In this document: positions 47,610 through 58,141 of the stretch, piece after piece
Layout of the letters: every line of letters begins with the position of its first letter
How positions within the stretch are numbered: position 1 is the stretch's first letter
Source of the DNA: Arenicellales bacterium
GTDB lineage: Bacteria > Pseudomonadota > Gammaproteobacteria > Arenicellales > JAJDZL01
Reading direction: 5' to 3'
DNA length: 64,000 bases
NCBI GenBank assembly: GCA_965214785.1
Contig: OZ243975.1
Coordinates: 56,430 to 120,429, forward strand
Made by a program: the position numbers and the translations under genes
Notes under the pieces: generated by a model
What the model was told of the DNA's origin: nothing
Database searches by the model: none
Seen by the model: the letters and a program-made list of their open reading frames with translations, nothing else

Positions 47610-49973
47610 ATGAGTGATACAGGAATTGGCGCCTCAGTACGCCGCAAAGAAGATATACGTTTTGTTCGAGGTGCAGGGAAATACACCGACGATATGAATC
47701 TGGCGGGACAAGTTCACGCCTATATTCTGCGTTCTGCGCACGCCCATGCAGCGATCAAATCAATTGATACCTCTGGAGCAAAAGCCTGTCCAGGCGTAGT
47801 TGCAGTTTTTACCTCTGATGATCTGTCACAAATCGGCGGTTTACCGTGTGGCTGGCAAGTGCACAGTAAAGATGGCAACCCGATGGCAGAGCCAAAGCAT
47901 CCGGTATTAGCCGAAGGCAAAGTCAGACACGTCGGTGACCCGGTCGCTGTTGTCATTGCCGAAACTAAAATACAAGCGCGAGATGCAGCCGAGGCAATCG
48001 AAGTTGATTACGAAGTGCTCGATGCAGTGATGGATATGCGTCATGCTGTTGCAAATGGCTCGGTTCATGTTCATGACGACATCGCAACCAACGTCTGCTA
48101 TGACTGGGAACTCGGTGACAAGGAAGCAACCGATCAGGCATTTGCGAATGCAGCTCGAGTGGTATCTTTGGATCTGATCAACAACCGGCTGATTCCAAAC
48201 GCAATGGAACCGCGCTGTGCAATTGGCGATTACGACCAGTCCGGTGGACAATATACACTGCACACAACGAGTCAAAACCCGCATGTAATACGTTTGCTGA
48301 TGGCAGCTTTCGTAATGGGTTTGTCGGAAAGCAAACTGCGTGTTCACGCACCCGACGTCGGTGGTGGATTTGGTTCAAAAATCTATAACTATGCCGAAGA
48401 GGTGATTGTCACCTGGGCAGCCGCCAAGGTCGGAAGGCCGGTAAAGTGGACAGCAGATCGCAGTGAATCATTTATGTCTGATGCACACGGCAGAGATCAC
48501 GTAACGACTGTTGAACTGGCGATGGACGACAGTGGAAAATTTCTGGGATTAAGGGAAACAACCCTGGCCAATATGGGTGCTTACCTGTCAACTTTCGCGC
48601 CTTGTATTCCGACTTACCTGCACGCAACTTTGCTGGCAGGTCAGTATACAACCCCTGCAATCCATTGCGGCGTAAAAGCAGTTTTCACCAACACGGTGCC
48701 GGTAGACGCTTATCGTGGAGCCGGTCGACCGGAAGCCACCTATCTGCTGGAACGAATCGTTCAGGTTGCAGCGGATGAAATGGGCATGGACCCGGTTGAA
48801 ATTCGGCGCAAAAACTTCATCCAGCCAGACCAGTTCCCGTATCAGACTCCGGTTGCCTTAGTTTATGACACAGGCAATTACCAGGCAAGTATGGATAAGG
48901 CACTGGCAAATTCAGATTACGCAGGATTTGCACAGCGAAAGGAAGCGTCCAACCGGGCAGGGAAGCTGCGCGGAATTGGCGTTTCAACATACATTGAAGC
49001 TTGTGGAATCGCACCGTCAAACGTAGTCGGTTCGCTTGGTGCTCGTGCAGGTCTGTATGAGGCGGCAACCATCCGCGTCAATCCGACAGGTTCTATCAGT
49101 GTTATGACCGGCTCTCATTCGCACGGACAAGGACACGAAACCACTTTTGCCCAAGTTGTTTCCGAAAAACTTGGTGTGGATATTGATAACGTGGAAATCA
49201 TTCACGGCGATACTGACAAGATTCCATTTGGTATGGGTACCTATGGGTCAAGGTCGATTGCTGTCGGTGGAACTGCGATTGTCAATGCAATTGACAAGGT
49301 CGTTGCAAAGGGCAAGAAAATCGCCGCACACCTGCTGGAAACTTCAGCATCCGACATCGAATTTGAAAATGGCATGTTTGTGGTACCTGGTACCGACAAA
49401 GCAAAAGCGTTCGGTGAAATATCGCTGGCTGCATATGTGCCTCATCAATATCCGCTGGAGGAACTGGAACCTGGACTGGAGGAAACGGCGTTCTATGACC
49501 CGAAAAACTTCACCTTTCCAGCTGGCACCTATATTTGTGAAGTGGAAGTGGATCCGGAAACCGGCGTGGTTGAGATTGCAAAGTTTCACGCAACCGACGA
49601 TTTTGGCACGGTGATTAATCCAATGATTGTTGAAGGACAGGTTCACGGCGGTTTGGTACAAGGCATCGGTCAGGCTCTGCTTGAAGGGTGCCAGTATGAC
49701 GCCAACGGACAGTTGCTTTCTGGATCGTTTATGGACTACACCATGCCGCGAGCGTCTGATGTGCCTTGTTTCTCTGTAGATACTACGGTGACAGAATGTT
49801 CGCATAACCCATTGGGTGTAAAAGGCTGTGGTGAAGCCGGCGCGATTGGATCGCCGCCTGCAGTTATCAACGCAATTTTGAACGCACTCGCGCCAGTGGG
49901 TGTAAAGAATCTGGATATGCCGGCCACGCCGCATCGCGTCTGGCAGGCAATTCGAAACGCGCAAGCATCGTAA
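47610..49973 (+). CDS. coxL: Molybdopterin-binding large subunit, form II CoxL-like
   Basis: 787 aa. The active-site loop reads [14 protein letters not shown] (AYRGAGR is the form II signature, not the form I AYxCSFR). Confidence 0.88.
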   Translation: MSDTGIGASVRRKEDIRFVRGAGKYTDDMNLAGQVHAYILRSAHAHAAIKSIDTSGAKACPGVVAVFTSDDLSQIGGLPCGWQVHSKDGNPMAEPKHPVLAEGKVRHVGDPVAVVIAETKIQARDAAEAIEVDYEVLDAVMDMRHAVANGSVHVHDDIATNVCYDWELGDKEATDQAFANAARVVSLDLINNRLIPNAMEPRCAIGDYDQSGGQYTLHTTSQNPHVIRLLMAAFVMGLSESKLRVHAPDVGGGFGSKIYNYAEEVIVTWAAAKVGRPVKWTADRSESFMSDAHGRDHVTTVELAMDDSGKFLGLRETTLANMGAYLSTFAPCIPTYLHATLLAGQYTTPAIHCGVKAVFTNTVPVDAYRGAGRPEATYLLERIVQVAADEMGMDPVEIRRKNFIQPDQFPYQTPVALVYDTGNYQASMDKALANSDYAGFAQRKEASNRAGKLRGIGVSTYIEACGIAPSNVVGSLGARAGLYEAATIRVNPTGSISVMTGSHSHGQGHETTFAQVVSEKLGVDIDNVEIIHGDTDKIPFGMGTYGSRSIAVGGTAIVNAIDKVVAKGKKIAAHLLETSASDIEFENGMFVVPGTDKAKAFGEISLAAYVPHQYPLEELEPGLEETAFYDPKNFTFPAGTYICEVEVDPETGVVEIAKFHATDDFGTVINPMIVEGQVHGGLVQGIGQALLEGCQYDANGQLLSGSFMDYTMPRASDVPCFSVDTTVTECSHNPLGVKGCGEAGAIGSPPAVINAILNALAPVGVKNLDMPATPHRVWQAIRNAQAS

Positions 49974-49987
49974 CAGGAGGTATCACC

Positions 49988-50785
49988 ATGTATGCGTTTG
50001 AGTATAAAAATCCCTCAAGTCTTGATGAAGCTGTTCAAATGTTGCGCAGTTCGCAAGAAGGGCAGTTATTGGCAGGCGGACACACTTTGCTTCCAACCAT
50101 GAAACAGCGTCTTGCTGCTGCGAGCGATCTAGTTGACCTCGGCGCAGTCAGTGAACTGCGGGGAATCTCGACAGATGGCTCAACTGTTACGGTCGGTGCA
50201 ATGACAACCCATGCTCAAGTAGCTGCGAGCGCCGATGTGCGCGGGGCTATTGCTGCCTTAGCTGAACTTGCAGGCGGTATTGGTGATCCTCAGGTTCGAA
50301 ACTGTGGAACCATCGGCGGTTCAATTGCCAATAACGATCCGGCTGCAGATTACCCGGCAGCTCTGGTCGCTCTGAAGGCAACAGTAAATACGTCGAAACG
50401 GTCTATAGGAGCTGAAGATTTTTTCACTGCAATGTTTGAAACTGCGCTTGAGGAAGACGAAATTATTGTCTCGGTGAGTTTTATGGTGCCGTCTAAAGCA
50501 GCGTACTGCAAATTTGCAAATCCCGCTTCCCGTTATGCGGTGGTCGGAGTTTTTGTTGCACAATACGCAGACGGCGTTCGCCTTGCCGTAACCGGTGCAG
50601 GTGCGAGCGTGTTCAGGGTCAGTGAAATGGAATCAGCACTAGATCAATCATTCTCGCCTTCATCTGTCGAAAATATTCAAATTTCGAAAGATGGCTTGAA
50701 TGAAGATATCCATGCCAGTGCTGAATATCGTGCTCACCTTGTGACTGTCATGGCAAAGCGGGCTGTGGCCAAAGCAAACGGTTGA
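49988..50785 (+). CDS. coxM: FAD-binding medium subunit of the CODH-family enzyme
   Basis: 265 aa. FAD-binding PCMH-type domain (LLAGGHTLLPTMK, GTIGGSIANNDPAADYP). S-L-M gene order. Confidence 0.9.
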   Translation: MYAFEYKNPSSLDEAVQMLRSSQEGQLLAGGHTLLPTMKQRLAAASDLVDLGAVSELRGISTDGSTVTVGAMTTHAQVAASADVRGAIAALAELAGGIGDPQVRNCGTIGGSIANNDPAADYPAALVALKATVNTSKRSIGAEDFFTAMFETALEEDEIIVSVSFMVPSKAAYCKFANPASRYAVVGVFVAQYADGVRLAVTGAGASVFRVSEMESALDQSFSPSSVENIQISKDGLNEDIHASAEYRAHLVTVMAKRAVAKANG

Positions 50786-50809
50786 TATCGTTCGCTTGTC
50801 TGATTCGAA

Positions 50810-50843
50810 TTCAGGCATCTGGTGCAAATGCCAGGTGCCTGAA
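50810..50843 (+). other. Intercistronic stem-loop (13-bp arms with 1 mismatch, 8-nt loop) between coxM and the MoxR gene
   Basis: TTCAGGCATCTGG (50810-50822) pairs with CCAGGTGCCTGAA (50831-50843). No U-tract follows. Confidence 0.5.
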
Positions 50844-50899
50844 CCGTATATGAAATCGTTTCACCTTCTCAAGTTGAAGTTCGCTGGCGCAGACGAAAC

Positions 50900-51808
50900 A
50901 TGAACCAGCCAACAGACATAGCCAGTGTTATTTCGCTGTTTGCTGATGAAAACTATATCGCAGAGCGAAGTCTCGCGACTGCGCTCTACTTATCGCTGAA
51001 ACTTTCGCGCCCATTGTTGCTTGAAGGTGAGGCCGGTGTTGGAAAAACCGAAGTAGCAAAAGTATTGTCGGCAGTAACCAACCGACCATTTATACGCCTG
51101 CAGTGCTATGAAGGACTGGATGTGTCATCGGCGGTGTATGAATGGGACTATCCGCGTCAGATGATCGAAATTCGTTTGGCCGAGACACAAGGCAGTCAAA
51201 ACAAACAACAAATTTCAAGTGACATCTACTCAAAAAAGTTTCTTATCGCCCGCCCATTGCTGCAGGCTCTGGAAAGTGACGGTGACAATGCTCCGGTGCT
51301 TTTGATCGATGAAATTGACCGGGCCGATGAACCGTTTGAAGCTTATCTGCTGGAAATTCTGTCCGATTTCCAGGTCACCATTCCCGAGATTGGTACAGTA
51401 AAGGCAGACACTCCACCCACCGTCATTATCACTTCGAATCGAACCCGTGAAATTCATGATGCATTGAAACGACGCTGTTTCTATCACTGGGTTGATTATC
51501 CTGATGCACAAAGAGAGTTGAAAATACTGGCTTCCAAGGCGCCGGATGCCAGCCAAAGACTGGCGAATCAGATCGTGGGGTTTGTTCAACAGCTTCGCGA
51601 CGAAGACCTTTATAAAGCACCCGGTGTGGCAGAAACTATTGATTGGGCACATGCGCTGATTCAAATTGATGTCGTTGACTTAAGTCCTGATGCAGTTGAT
51701 GACACCCTAGGCGTGCTGCTGAAATATCAAGATGATATCGAACGGATTCGCGGACACGAAGCGACTCGAATTTTGCAAACCGTACAGACTATGGCAAGTG
51801 CCGGATAA
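50900..51808 (+). CDS. coxD: MoxR-type AAA+ ATPase (CoxD-like)
   Basis: 302 aa. Walker A EGEAGVGKTEVAK and Walker B LLIDEIDRA. Position downstream of coxSLM. Confidence 0.88.
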   Translation: MNQPTDIASVISLFADENYIAERSLATALYLSLKLSRPLLLEGEAGVGKTEVAKVLSAVTNRPFIRLQCYEGLDVSSAVYEWDYPRQMIEIRLAETQGSQNKQQISSDIYSKKFLIARPLLQALESDGDNAPVLLIDEIDRADEPFEAYLLEILSDFQVTIPEIGTVKADTPPTVIITSNRTREIHDALKRRCFYHWVDYPDAQRELKILASKAPDASQRLANQIVGFVQQLRDEDLYKAPGVAETIDWAHALIQIDVVDLSPDAVDDTLGVLLKYQDDIERIRGHEATRILQTVQTMASAG

Positions 51809-51824
51809 CAATGGAAAAATTGCC

Positions 51825-53099
51825 ATGGAAGCGGAAAATGGCAACGGAAAACTTGTTGCGAATCTAGTTCATTTCGGTCGTATTTTACGTTCTTGCGGAT
51901 TACCGGTTGGCACGGGAACCATTTTGCATGCGGTCGAAGCTGTCAGTCTTATTGGCTTGCATAATCGAGAAGATTTTTATTGGACTTTGCATGCTGTTTT
52001 CGTCAATCACCCCAGACAACGACTGATTTTCGATCAAGCGTTCCACATCTTCTGGAAAAATCCTCGGATACTCGAAAAATCGATATCGAATTTGCTGCCG
52101 CAAGTTCGAGTTCCACCAGATGCAGAAAATTCCAGACCAATTGTCAGAAGATTAAGTGAGTCTTTATTACAGTCGCTGGTAACGCAGGAGACAATCAGTG
52201 AAGATGACCAGCAAGTGGATTTTAAGGCATCACTGACATATTCAAATGCAGAAAGGTTTATGGAAGTAGACTTTGAGTCAATGTCGCAAGACGAGATGCG
52301 CCAGGCAAAGAAAGCCATCGAAACGATGAGAGTTGCGTTCCATAAAGCAAAGACCAGGCGATATCGAGTTCACCAAAGCGGTGAACGGGTAGATTTGCGA
52401 AATACAATGCGCCAGTCGATGCGCTGCGGTGCAGGTGAGATTGCACTGATTCGCCGAAAGCGACGATTTCGAACAACTCCGGTTGTGGTACTTTGTGATA
52501 TATCCGGTTCAATGAGCGAATATTCCAGAATGGTTTTGTATTTCGCACATGTACTGATGATGTGTCGAGCGGATGTGTGGTGCTTTGTATTCGGAACGCG
52601 TCTTACCAACATCACCCGACAGCTTCGTAGCCGAGATGTTGATGTGGCGATGGACAAAGTGTCCGACTCGGTGCTCGACTGGCACGGCGGTACGCGTATC
52701 GGTGATTGCTTGAAAACCTTCAATAACAACTGGATTCGACGACTGCCAATGTATCTGGCAACAGTGCTGGTTGTAACCGACGGACTGGATCGGTCGGAAA
52801 ACAACAATTTGAAATCTCAAATCAGTTTGTTGCACCGCTCGTGTCAACGCCTAATCTGGCTTAATCCGTTATTGCGCTATGAGCACTTTGAGCCTCGAGT
52901 CAGTGGAGTGCGAGCGATGCTCCCGCATGTTGACGCGTTTTTACCCGTACATAACCTCATTAGCCTGTATGAACTGGCTGAGAAATTCAGTTCTGGGGCG
53001 TTTGACAATGATTCTGAGCTAAGAAAAAGTCGAACTTTGTGGAAAAATAAAATGAACCAGGCCACATTGAATCAACCCCAATCAGCGGATGTATTGTGA
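51825..53099 (+). CDS. coxE: VWA-domain protein (CoxE-like)
   Basis: MIDAS motif LCDISGSMS. The start was placed at the ATG at 51825, after the MoxR stop. The track ORF starts at 51732, inside the MoxR gene. Confidence 0.82.
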   Translation: MEAENGNGKLVANLVHFGRILRSCGLPVGTGTILHAVEAVSLIGLHNREDFYWTLHAVFVNHPRQRLIFDQAFHIFWKNPRILEKSISNLLPQVRVPPDAENSRPIVRRLSESLLQSLVTQETISEDDQQVDFKASLTYSNAERFMEVDFESMSQDEMRQAKKAIETMRVAFHKAKTRRYRVHQSGERVDLRNTMRQSMRCGAGEIALIRRKRRFRTTPVVVLCDISGSMSEYSRMVLYFAHVLMMCRADVWCFVFGTRLTNITRQLRSRDVDVAMDKVSDSVLDWHGGTRIGDCLKTFNNNWIRRLPMYLATVLVVTDGLDRSENNNLKSQISLLHRSCQRLIWLNPLLRYEHFEPRVSGVRAMLPHVDAFLPVHNLISLYELAEKFSSGAFDNDSELRKSRTLWKNKMNQATLNQPQSADVL

Positions 53100-54136
53100 C
53101 GAATGGTGATAGCGAAATTTTGACGCTGTATCAACAGGTCAGTGATTGGATTGAAAAAGGCCATCGCGTTGCTATAGCAACTGTGATCTCAACTTGGGGC
53201 TCGTCTCCACGACCCGTTGGCAGTCAGTTGGTGGTCAACGATGAACGCAAGTTTGAGGGGTCAGTATCAGGCGGCTGTGTAGAAACAGCGGTCATTGCAG
53301 CTGCTATGGAGGTAATAGAAAGCTCACAGCCTCAGGTTCTGAAATTTGGTGTCAGCAATGACACAGCCTGGGAGGTGGGCTTGTCTTGCGGAGGTGAAAT
53401 TCAAGTGCATGTTGAATCGGTTGAAAGTCATTATCATTGCGATACAGGTTCACAATGGAAACTGTCTGATATTCATCGCATTATCGAAGCGCAAAACGAC
53501 CAGCATGCCATTGCCATCGTAAAGTCTCTCGATGGTACGATCCGCAGGATATACACCAAAGTGCCATCGGAACCCCTGTCATGGCTCGGCCGAGCAGTTG
53601 CAGAAGGATTTCGAAAAGATGCAAGCCAACTCATCGATACCGCTGGCGGCAAAGTGTTTATCCAAATTATTAATTCACCCTTGAAACTGATTATTGTCGG
53701 GGCAGTGCATATTGCGAAACACCTCATTGCACTTGCACAAATATGTGGATTTAATGTTGTTTTAATCGATCCGAGGCGGGCATTTACCGAGTCAGAATTT
53801 CTTTCGGAGACCGAGGTTATCACCAAGTGGCCTGACAAAGTGATTTCCAATTTGAAGTTGAATGCCAGGGCTGCAGTTGTAACACTCACTCATGACCCGA
53901 AAATAGACGAACCGGCACTGATTAGCGCTTTGAATTCTGAAGCTTTTTATGTCGGTGCGCTTGGAAGTCGCCGTACGCATCAAGCTCGGTGCGACCGACT
54001 CGCTCAGGCTGGTGTTTGCGAGGACGATATAGCAAGAATTCATGCGCCCATCGGGCTGGACATCGGTGCTCAGTCACCGGCAGAGATTGCATTGGCGATA
54101 ATGGGTGAAATCACCCAATCGCTGCGACACAGTTAG
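53096..54136 (+). CDS. XdhC/CoxI-family molybdenum cofactor insertion accessory protein
   Basis: 346 aa. XdhC_CoxI N-domain (VAIATVISTWGSSPRPVGSQLVV..GSVSGGCVE) and a Rossmann-like C-domain (LIIVGAVHIAKHL). GTGA overlap with the coxE stop. Confidence 0.85.
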   Translation: MTNGDSEILTLYQQVSDWIEKGHRVAIATVISTWGSSPRPVGSQLVVNDERKFEGSVSGGCVETAVIAAAMEVIESSQPQVLKFGVSNDTAWEVGLSCGGEIQVHVESVESHYHCDTGSQWKLSDIHRIIEAQNDQHAIAIVKSLDGTIRRIYTKVPSEPLSWLGRAVAEGFRKDASQLIDTAGGKVFIQIINSPLKLIIVGAVHIAKHLIALAQICGFNVVLIDPRRAFTESEFLSETEVITKWPDKVISNLKLNARAAVVTLTHDPKIDEPALISALNSEAFYVGALGSRRTHQARCDRLAQAGVCEDDIARIHAPIGLDIGAQSPAEIALAIMGEITQSLRHS

Positions 54137-54142
54137 GCAAAC

Positions 54143-55801
54143 ATGAAATTTGGCAGAATCAGTGTTGAACACGGTGAAGGAGTGATTCTTGCGCACTCAA
54201 TCAAAGTGCTTGGACGAAAGTGGAAAAAAGGTCGAGTTTTATCAACACACGATATTGATGTGCTGCGTCAAGAAGGTCATGAATCGGTTGTTGGTGCGAG
54301 CCTTGAAGAAAATGATGTCGATGAGGATTCAGCAGCGCAGGCGATTGCCCGAGTTATCGCCGGACATGGCGTTGAAGTTCGAACCGCTGCGACAGGTCGA
54401 TGTAACATCTACGCATCAGTGCGGGGTTTGCTAGACATTCGCCACCAGGCGATCAATCGCATTAACACGGTTGATGAAGCTTTTACGGTTGCGGCTTTGC
54501 CGCCATATACAAGTGTCTATAGCGGTCAATTACTGGCAACAATAAAAATTATTCCTTTCGCTGTGAGTCGACAATTGCTCAATCAGTGTATTGCGGTTGC
54601 ATCGAAAGGTGCAACACCAATCAATGTATACGAGTACCAACGCCATTGCGTTGGACTAATACAGACTCAAACACCATGGTTTCAGTCGAGTCTAATCGAA
54701 AAAGGTGCGCGCATGCTAGAGCAGCGGGTAGAAGCGCTGGGCTGTGAAATTGTAGAGCATCGTGTTTGTGACCACCACGAACAAGCAGTGGCTGGCGCCG
54801 TCGATGAGATGTTGAAACTCAATGTCGATCTTATTTTTGTTTTAGGTGCTTGCGCAATTCAAGACAGGTGTGATGTCGTTCCACAGGGCATTGTGGATGC
54901 CGGCGGCAAAATCGAGCACTTCGGCATGCCAGTAGATCCGGGCAATTTGCTGTTGCTTGCCAGACATCGTAAAACAGTGATCCTCGGGCTTCCGGGTTGT
55001 GTGCGATCTCCAAAACGAAATGGATTTGATTTTGTCTTTGAACGAATAGTAGCGGGAATGGATGTTCGCCGCGAGGATATTATTGAAATGGGAGTGGGCG
55101 GTGTGCTGACTGAGCCGTCGCGACGCCCCGAGCGCAGGAGCGCTGACAGGTCTGTCAAACAGTCCAAATCTAAGAATATTGTTGCGATTGTACTGGCAGC
55201 TGGTCAGTCTCGACGTATGGGAGAGGCCAACAAACTGGTAATGAAGATCGATGATCATCAATCAACGGTCATTCGTACGGTAGTGAGAATTTTATTGCAG
55301 TCGAATGTCAACCATATATACGTAGCGACAGGACACGACCGCGACATGATCTGCGCACAACTGAGCGACTTGCCAGTTACTTTGGTCCACAATCCGGAGT
55401 ACAGTCGCGGTTTGAGTACATCACTTCGAACTGTATTGGCCGCATTGCCTGAAAGTATCGATGGAGTGCTTGTGTGCCTAGGTGATATGCCTTTCGTCAA
55501 AAGCAGTCACATTAATGTGTTAACAGACGCATTTGATCCGGTATCTGAAAATAGCATTTGTGTGCCAACCTATAAGGGCAAGCGTGGAAACCCAGTGCTT
55601 TGGGACCGGAAATACATTCAGGAAATGATGGAGGTGCGCGGTGACACAGGCGCCAAACACATGATTGGAGACTATGAAGATTTTGTCATTGAAGTTGAAA
55701 TGGACAGTCCCGGGGTGCTGATCGATCTTGACACGCCGCAAGCGTTTGCCAGCTACGTTAATTCACCGGCTAAGCAGTCAGCCAGCAACAATCCGGAGTA
55801 A
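54143..55801 (+). CDS. Fusion of a molybdopterin-binding (MoCF-biosynthesis-like) domain with a MobA/MocA-like nucleotidyltransferase (probable molybdenum cofactor cytidylyltransferase)
   Basis: 552 aa. The C-terminal about 200 aa begins IVLAAGQSRRMGEANKL, the NTP_transf_3/MocA signature. The N-terminal about 340 aa ends with GLPGCVRSPKRNGFD, typical of MoCF_biosynth-like domains. Confidence 0.75.
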   Translation: MKFGRISVEHGEGVILAHSIKVLGRKWKKGRVLSTHDIDVLRQEGHESVVGASLEENDVDEDSAAQAIARVIAGHGVEVRTAATGRCNIYASVRGLLDIRHQAINRINTVDEAFTVAALPPYTSVYSGQLLATIKIIPFAVSRQLLNQCIAVASKGATPINVYEYQRHCVGLIQTQTPWFQSSLIEKGARMLEQRVEALGCEIVEHRVCDHHEQAVAGAVDEMLKLNVDLIFVLGACAIQDRCDVVPQGIVDAGGKIEHFGMPVDPGNLLLLARHRKTVILGLPGCVRSPKRNGFDFVFERIVAGMDVRREDIIEMGVGGVLTEPSRRPERRSADRSVKQSKSKNIVAIVLAAGQSRRMGEANKLVMKIDDHQSTVIRTVVRILLQSNVNHIYVATGHDRDMICAQLSDLPVTLVHNPEYSRGLSTSLRTVLAALPESIDGVLVCLGDMPFVKSSHINVLTDAFDPVSENSICVPTYKGKRGNPVLWDRKYIQEMMEVRGDTGAKHMIGDYEDFVIEVEMDSPGVLIDLDTPQAFASYVNSPAKQSASNNPE

Positions 55802-55805
55802 GTTT

Positions 55806-56612
55806 GTGGACTATGAAGTTTTCTGGCGACTGGGCGTTTTTGCCGTAATTTTGGCAGCAGTAGCGCTGTGGGAAACGGTATTGCCCAAGCGCGAATGGCA
55901 CTTGGCGCGTCTGTCGCGATGGGGCAATCATCTGTCGCTGTCGGTGATCAATACCCTGCTTGTTCGTGTGCTTATTCCGCTGACTGCCGCGGCCTATGCG
56001 GTGGTACTGGAGGCAAAGGGAATCGGACTTCTAAACTGGATAACAATGCCAGCGATGATTTCGGTCGTCGTAGCAGTGATGCTGCTGGATATGGCAATAT
56101 ATGCTCAGCATTTTTTATTCCATAAAATCAACATATTTTGGCGCTTTCACAGAATGCACCACACCGATCTGGATTTTGATGTCACTACCGCAGTGCGTTT
56201 TCATCCTGTCGAAATTCTCGTTTCGATGCTGATCAAGTTTGCCGTTGTGACAGTGCTGGGTCCGTCTGCGCTGGCTGTAATTGTGTTTGAAATCTTGTTG
56301 AATGCCACTTCAATGTTTAATCATGGCAACATCAAGTTGCCGGCGTCAGTTGATCGATGGCTGCGATATGTGATCGTCACTCCCGACATGCACCGAGTAC
56401 ATCACTCCGTTATCCGTGGCGAAACAGACAGCAATTTTGGATTCAATTTGCCTTGGTGGGACCGGATATTTGGAACTTATACCGATCAGCCGTCGAAAGG
56501 GCATTTGGGGATGACAATCGGCTTACCGATTTTCCGGCAACAGCGGGAAAATAGAATTGACAGGCTCATTACACAGCCGTTTAGAAATGCCTCTGCTGTC
56601 GCAGAGGATTGA
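55806..56612 (+). CDS. Fatty acid hydroxylase / sterol desaturase superfamily membrane protein
   Basis: Histidine boxes HFLFHK, HRMHHTD and HRVHH, with several TM helices. The GTG at 55806 was chosen because the upstream part of the track ORF overlaps the preceding gene. Confidence 0.8.
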   Translation: MDYEVFWRLGVFAVILAAVALWETVLPKREWHLARLSRWGNHLSLSVINTLLVRVLIPLTAAAYAVVLEAKGIGLLNWITMPAMISVVVAVMLLDMAIYAQHFLFHKINIFWRFHRMHHTDLDFDVTTAVRFHPVEILVSMLIKFAVVTVLGPSALAVIVFEILLNATSMFNHGNIKLPASVDRWLRYVIVTPDMHRVHHSVIRGETDSNFGFNLPWWDRIFGTYTDQPSKGHLGMTIGLPIFRQQRENRIDRLITQPFRNASAVAED

Positions 56613-56635
56613 CATTCATATCACGGCTTGTGCGG

Positions 56636-57976
56636 CTAAACGTAAATTTCTATTTCAGCCAGACTTTCGTTTACTGCAACGTAGAGGATATTAACGATTT
56701 TGTCACAGGTGGCATGATCGACAATGTAAGGTGGAGCGAGCACGACATGATCTCCGGTAAAACCGTCGATGGTACCGCTGCCAGGATAACAGAGCATACC
56801 GTGTTGCAGGCATAGGCGTTTTAGGCGCGCATGAAATGCGTGTTTCGGGTCCAGCGGTTGTTTGCTTTGTTTGTCTGCGACAAATTCCAGCCCAATGAAA
56901 AGACCGCGCCCGCGGATGTCACCGACATTCGGGTGGTTGTCAAACTGCTCACGCAATTGACCGATCAGATAGTCTCCTTGAAGCTGGACATTTTCGAGCA
57001 GGCGGTCTTTGTCAAGTGTATCAAGCACTGCCAAAGCAGCTGCACTCGCCGCCGCATGACCCATGTAGGTAAATCCATGAGCAAGAGCTTGTGTACCGCG
57101 ATTGAGTGCACTACGAATTTCTTCGGAGCACAGTACTGCACCGATTGGCTGATAGCCTGCGCCGAGCCCTTTTGCGATAGTCACGATATCTGGAACAATT
57201 CCGTCCTGGCTGAAGCTAAAAAATGTTCCAGTACGTCCGCTGCCGCACATCACTTCGTCAAGAATTAATAAAACACCGTAGTTGTCGCAAATTTTTCGAA
57301 CGTGTTCTAGGTAGCCTTTCACTGGAGGCAGAACTCCTGAGGTTGCGCCTCCGACTGTTTCGGCGACAAAACCAATTACATTGTCGGGACCAAGTTCAAT
57401 CAGTTTGCGTTCCAGTTCGTCAGCCAGACGAATTGCATATTGACTTTCGGTTTCGTGTGGCAACTGATCTCGATACGGATAACACGGGGATACGGCGTGT
57501 GACGGGAGCAAAATAGGATTGTAGGGCAGTTTTCTGCCTTCGTGATTACCTACTGAAAGCGCGCCTAGCGTGTTGCCGTGAAAACTTTGCCTGCGTGAAA
57601 CAAAATACTTGCGAGATGACTCACCTGATTCAACAGCAAACTGTCGTGCGAGTTTCAGAGCTGATTCCATTGCTTCTGAGCCGCCTGACACCAAAACAAC
57701 GCCATCGAAACTTTCTGGACTCAGTGAGATTAGCTTGTCTGCCAATTGTTCTGCGCTGTGCGAAGTAAAAAAACCGGAATGCACATAGGCTAGGTTTTCC
57801 ACTTGATTTTGAATTGCTTCGATCACATTGCGATGGCCGTGACCCAAACACGATACCGCAGCACCGCCACTTGCGTCTAAGTATTCTTTGCCATTGGTGT
57901 CGTAAATGTATGCGCCGCAGCCGCTTTTTGCGACTGGCATGTCAGTGGTTATATTACGATGGATGATATGGGTCAT
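56636..57976 (-). CDS. Class III PLP aminotransferase (aspartate aminotransferase superfamily)
   Basis: 446 aa. Motif SGGAAVSCLGHGH, with the PLP-lysine block DIVTIAKGLGAGY. Confidence 0.85.
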   Translation of the reverse strand: MTHIIHRNITTDMPVAKSGCGAYIYDTNGKEYLDASGGAAVSCLGHGHRNVIEAIQNQVENLAYVHSGFFTSHSAEQLADKLISLSPESFDGVVLVSGGSEAMESALKLARQFAVESGESSRKYFVSRRQSFHGNTLGALSVGNHEGRKLPYNPILLPSHAVSPCYPYRDQLPHETESQYAIRLADELERKLIELGPDNVIGFVAETVGGATSGVLPPVKGYLEHVRKICDNYGVLLILDEVMCGSGRTGTFFSFSQDGIVPDIVTIAKGLGAGYQPIGAVLCSEEIRSALNRGTQALAHGFTYMGHAAASAAALAVLDTLDKDRLLENVQLQGDYLIGQLREQFDNHPNVGDIRGRGLFIGLEFVADKQSKQPLDPKHAFHARLKRLCLQHGMLCYPGSGTIDGFTGDHVVLAPPYIVDHATCDKIVNILYVAVNESLAEIEIYV

Positions 57977-58141
57977 ATTGTGTTGCTGTCAGCGGCGAAG
58001 CTGAAACCTGTCTTGTTTAGTATCTGGGCTGAAGCATGCTCACCAAGGCGCGACTGGGGCGCAAATTGTGTATGTTGTGCGACAGATGGACAATGTTTTA
58101 CAGCCTTTATGTTGCACTTTAAATAAAATTCTTCTTGTGAA

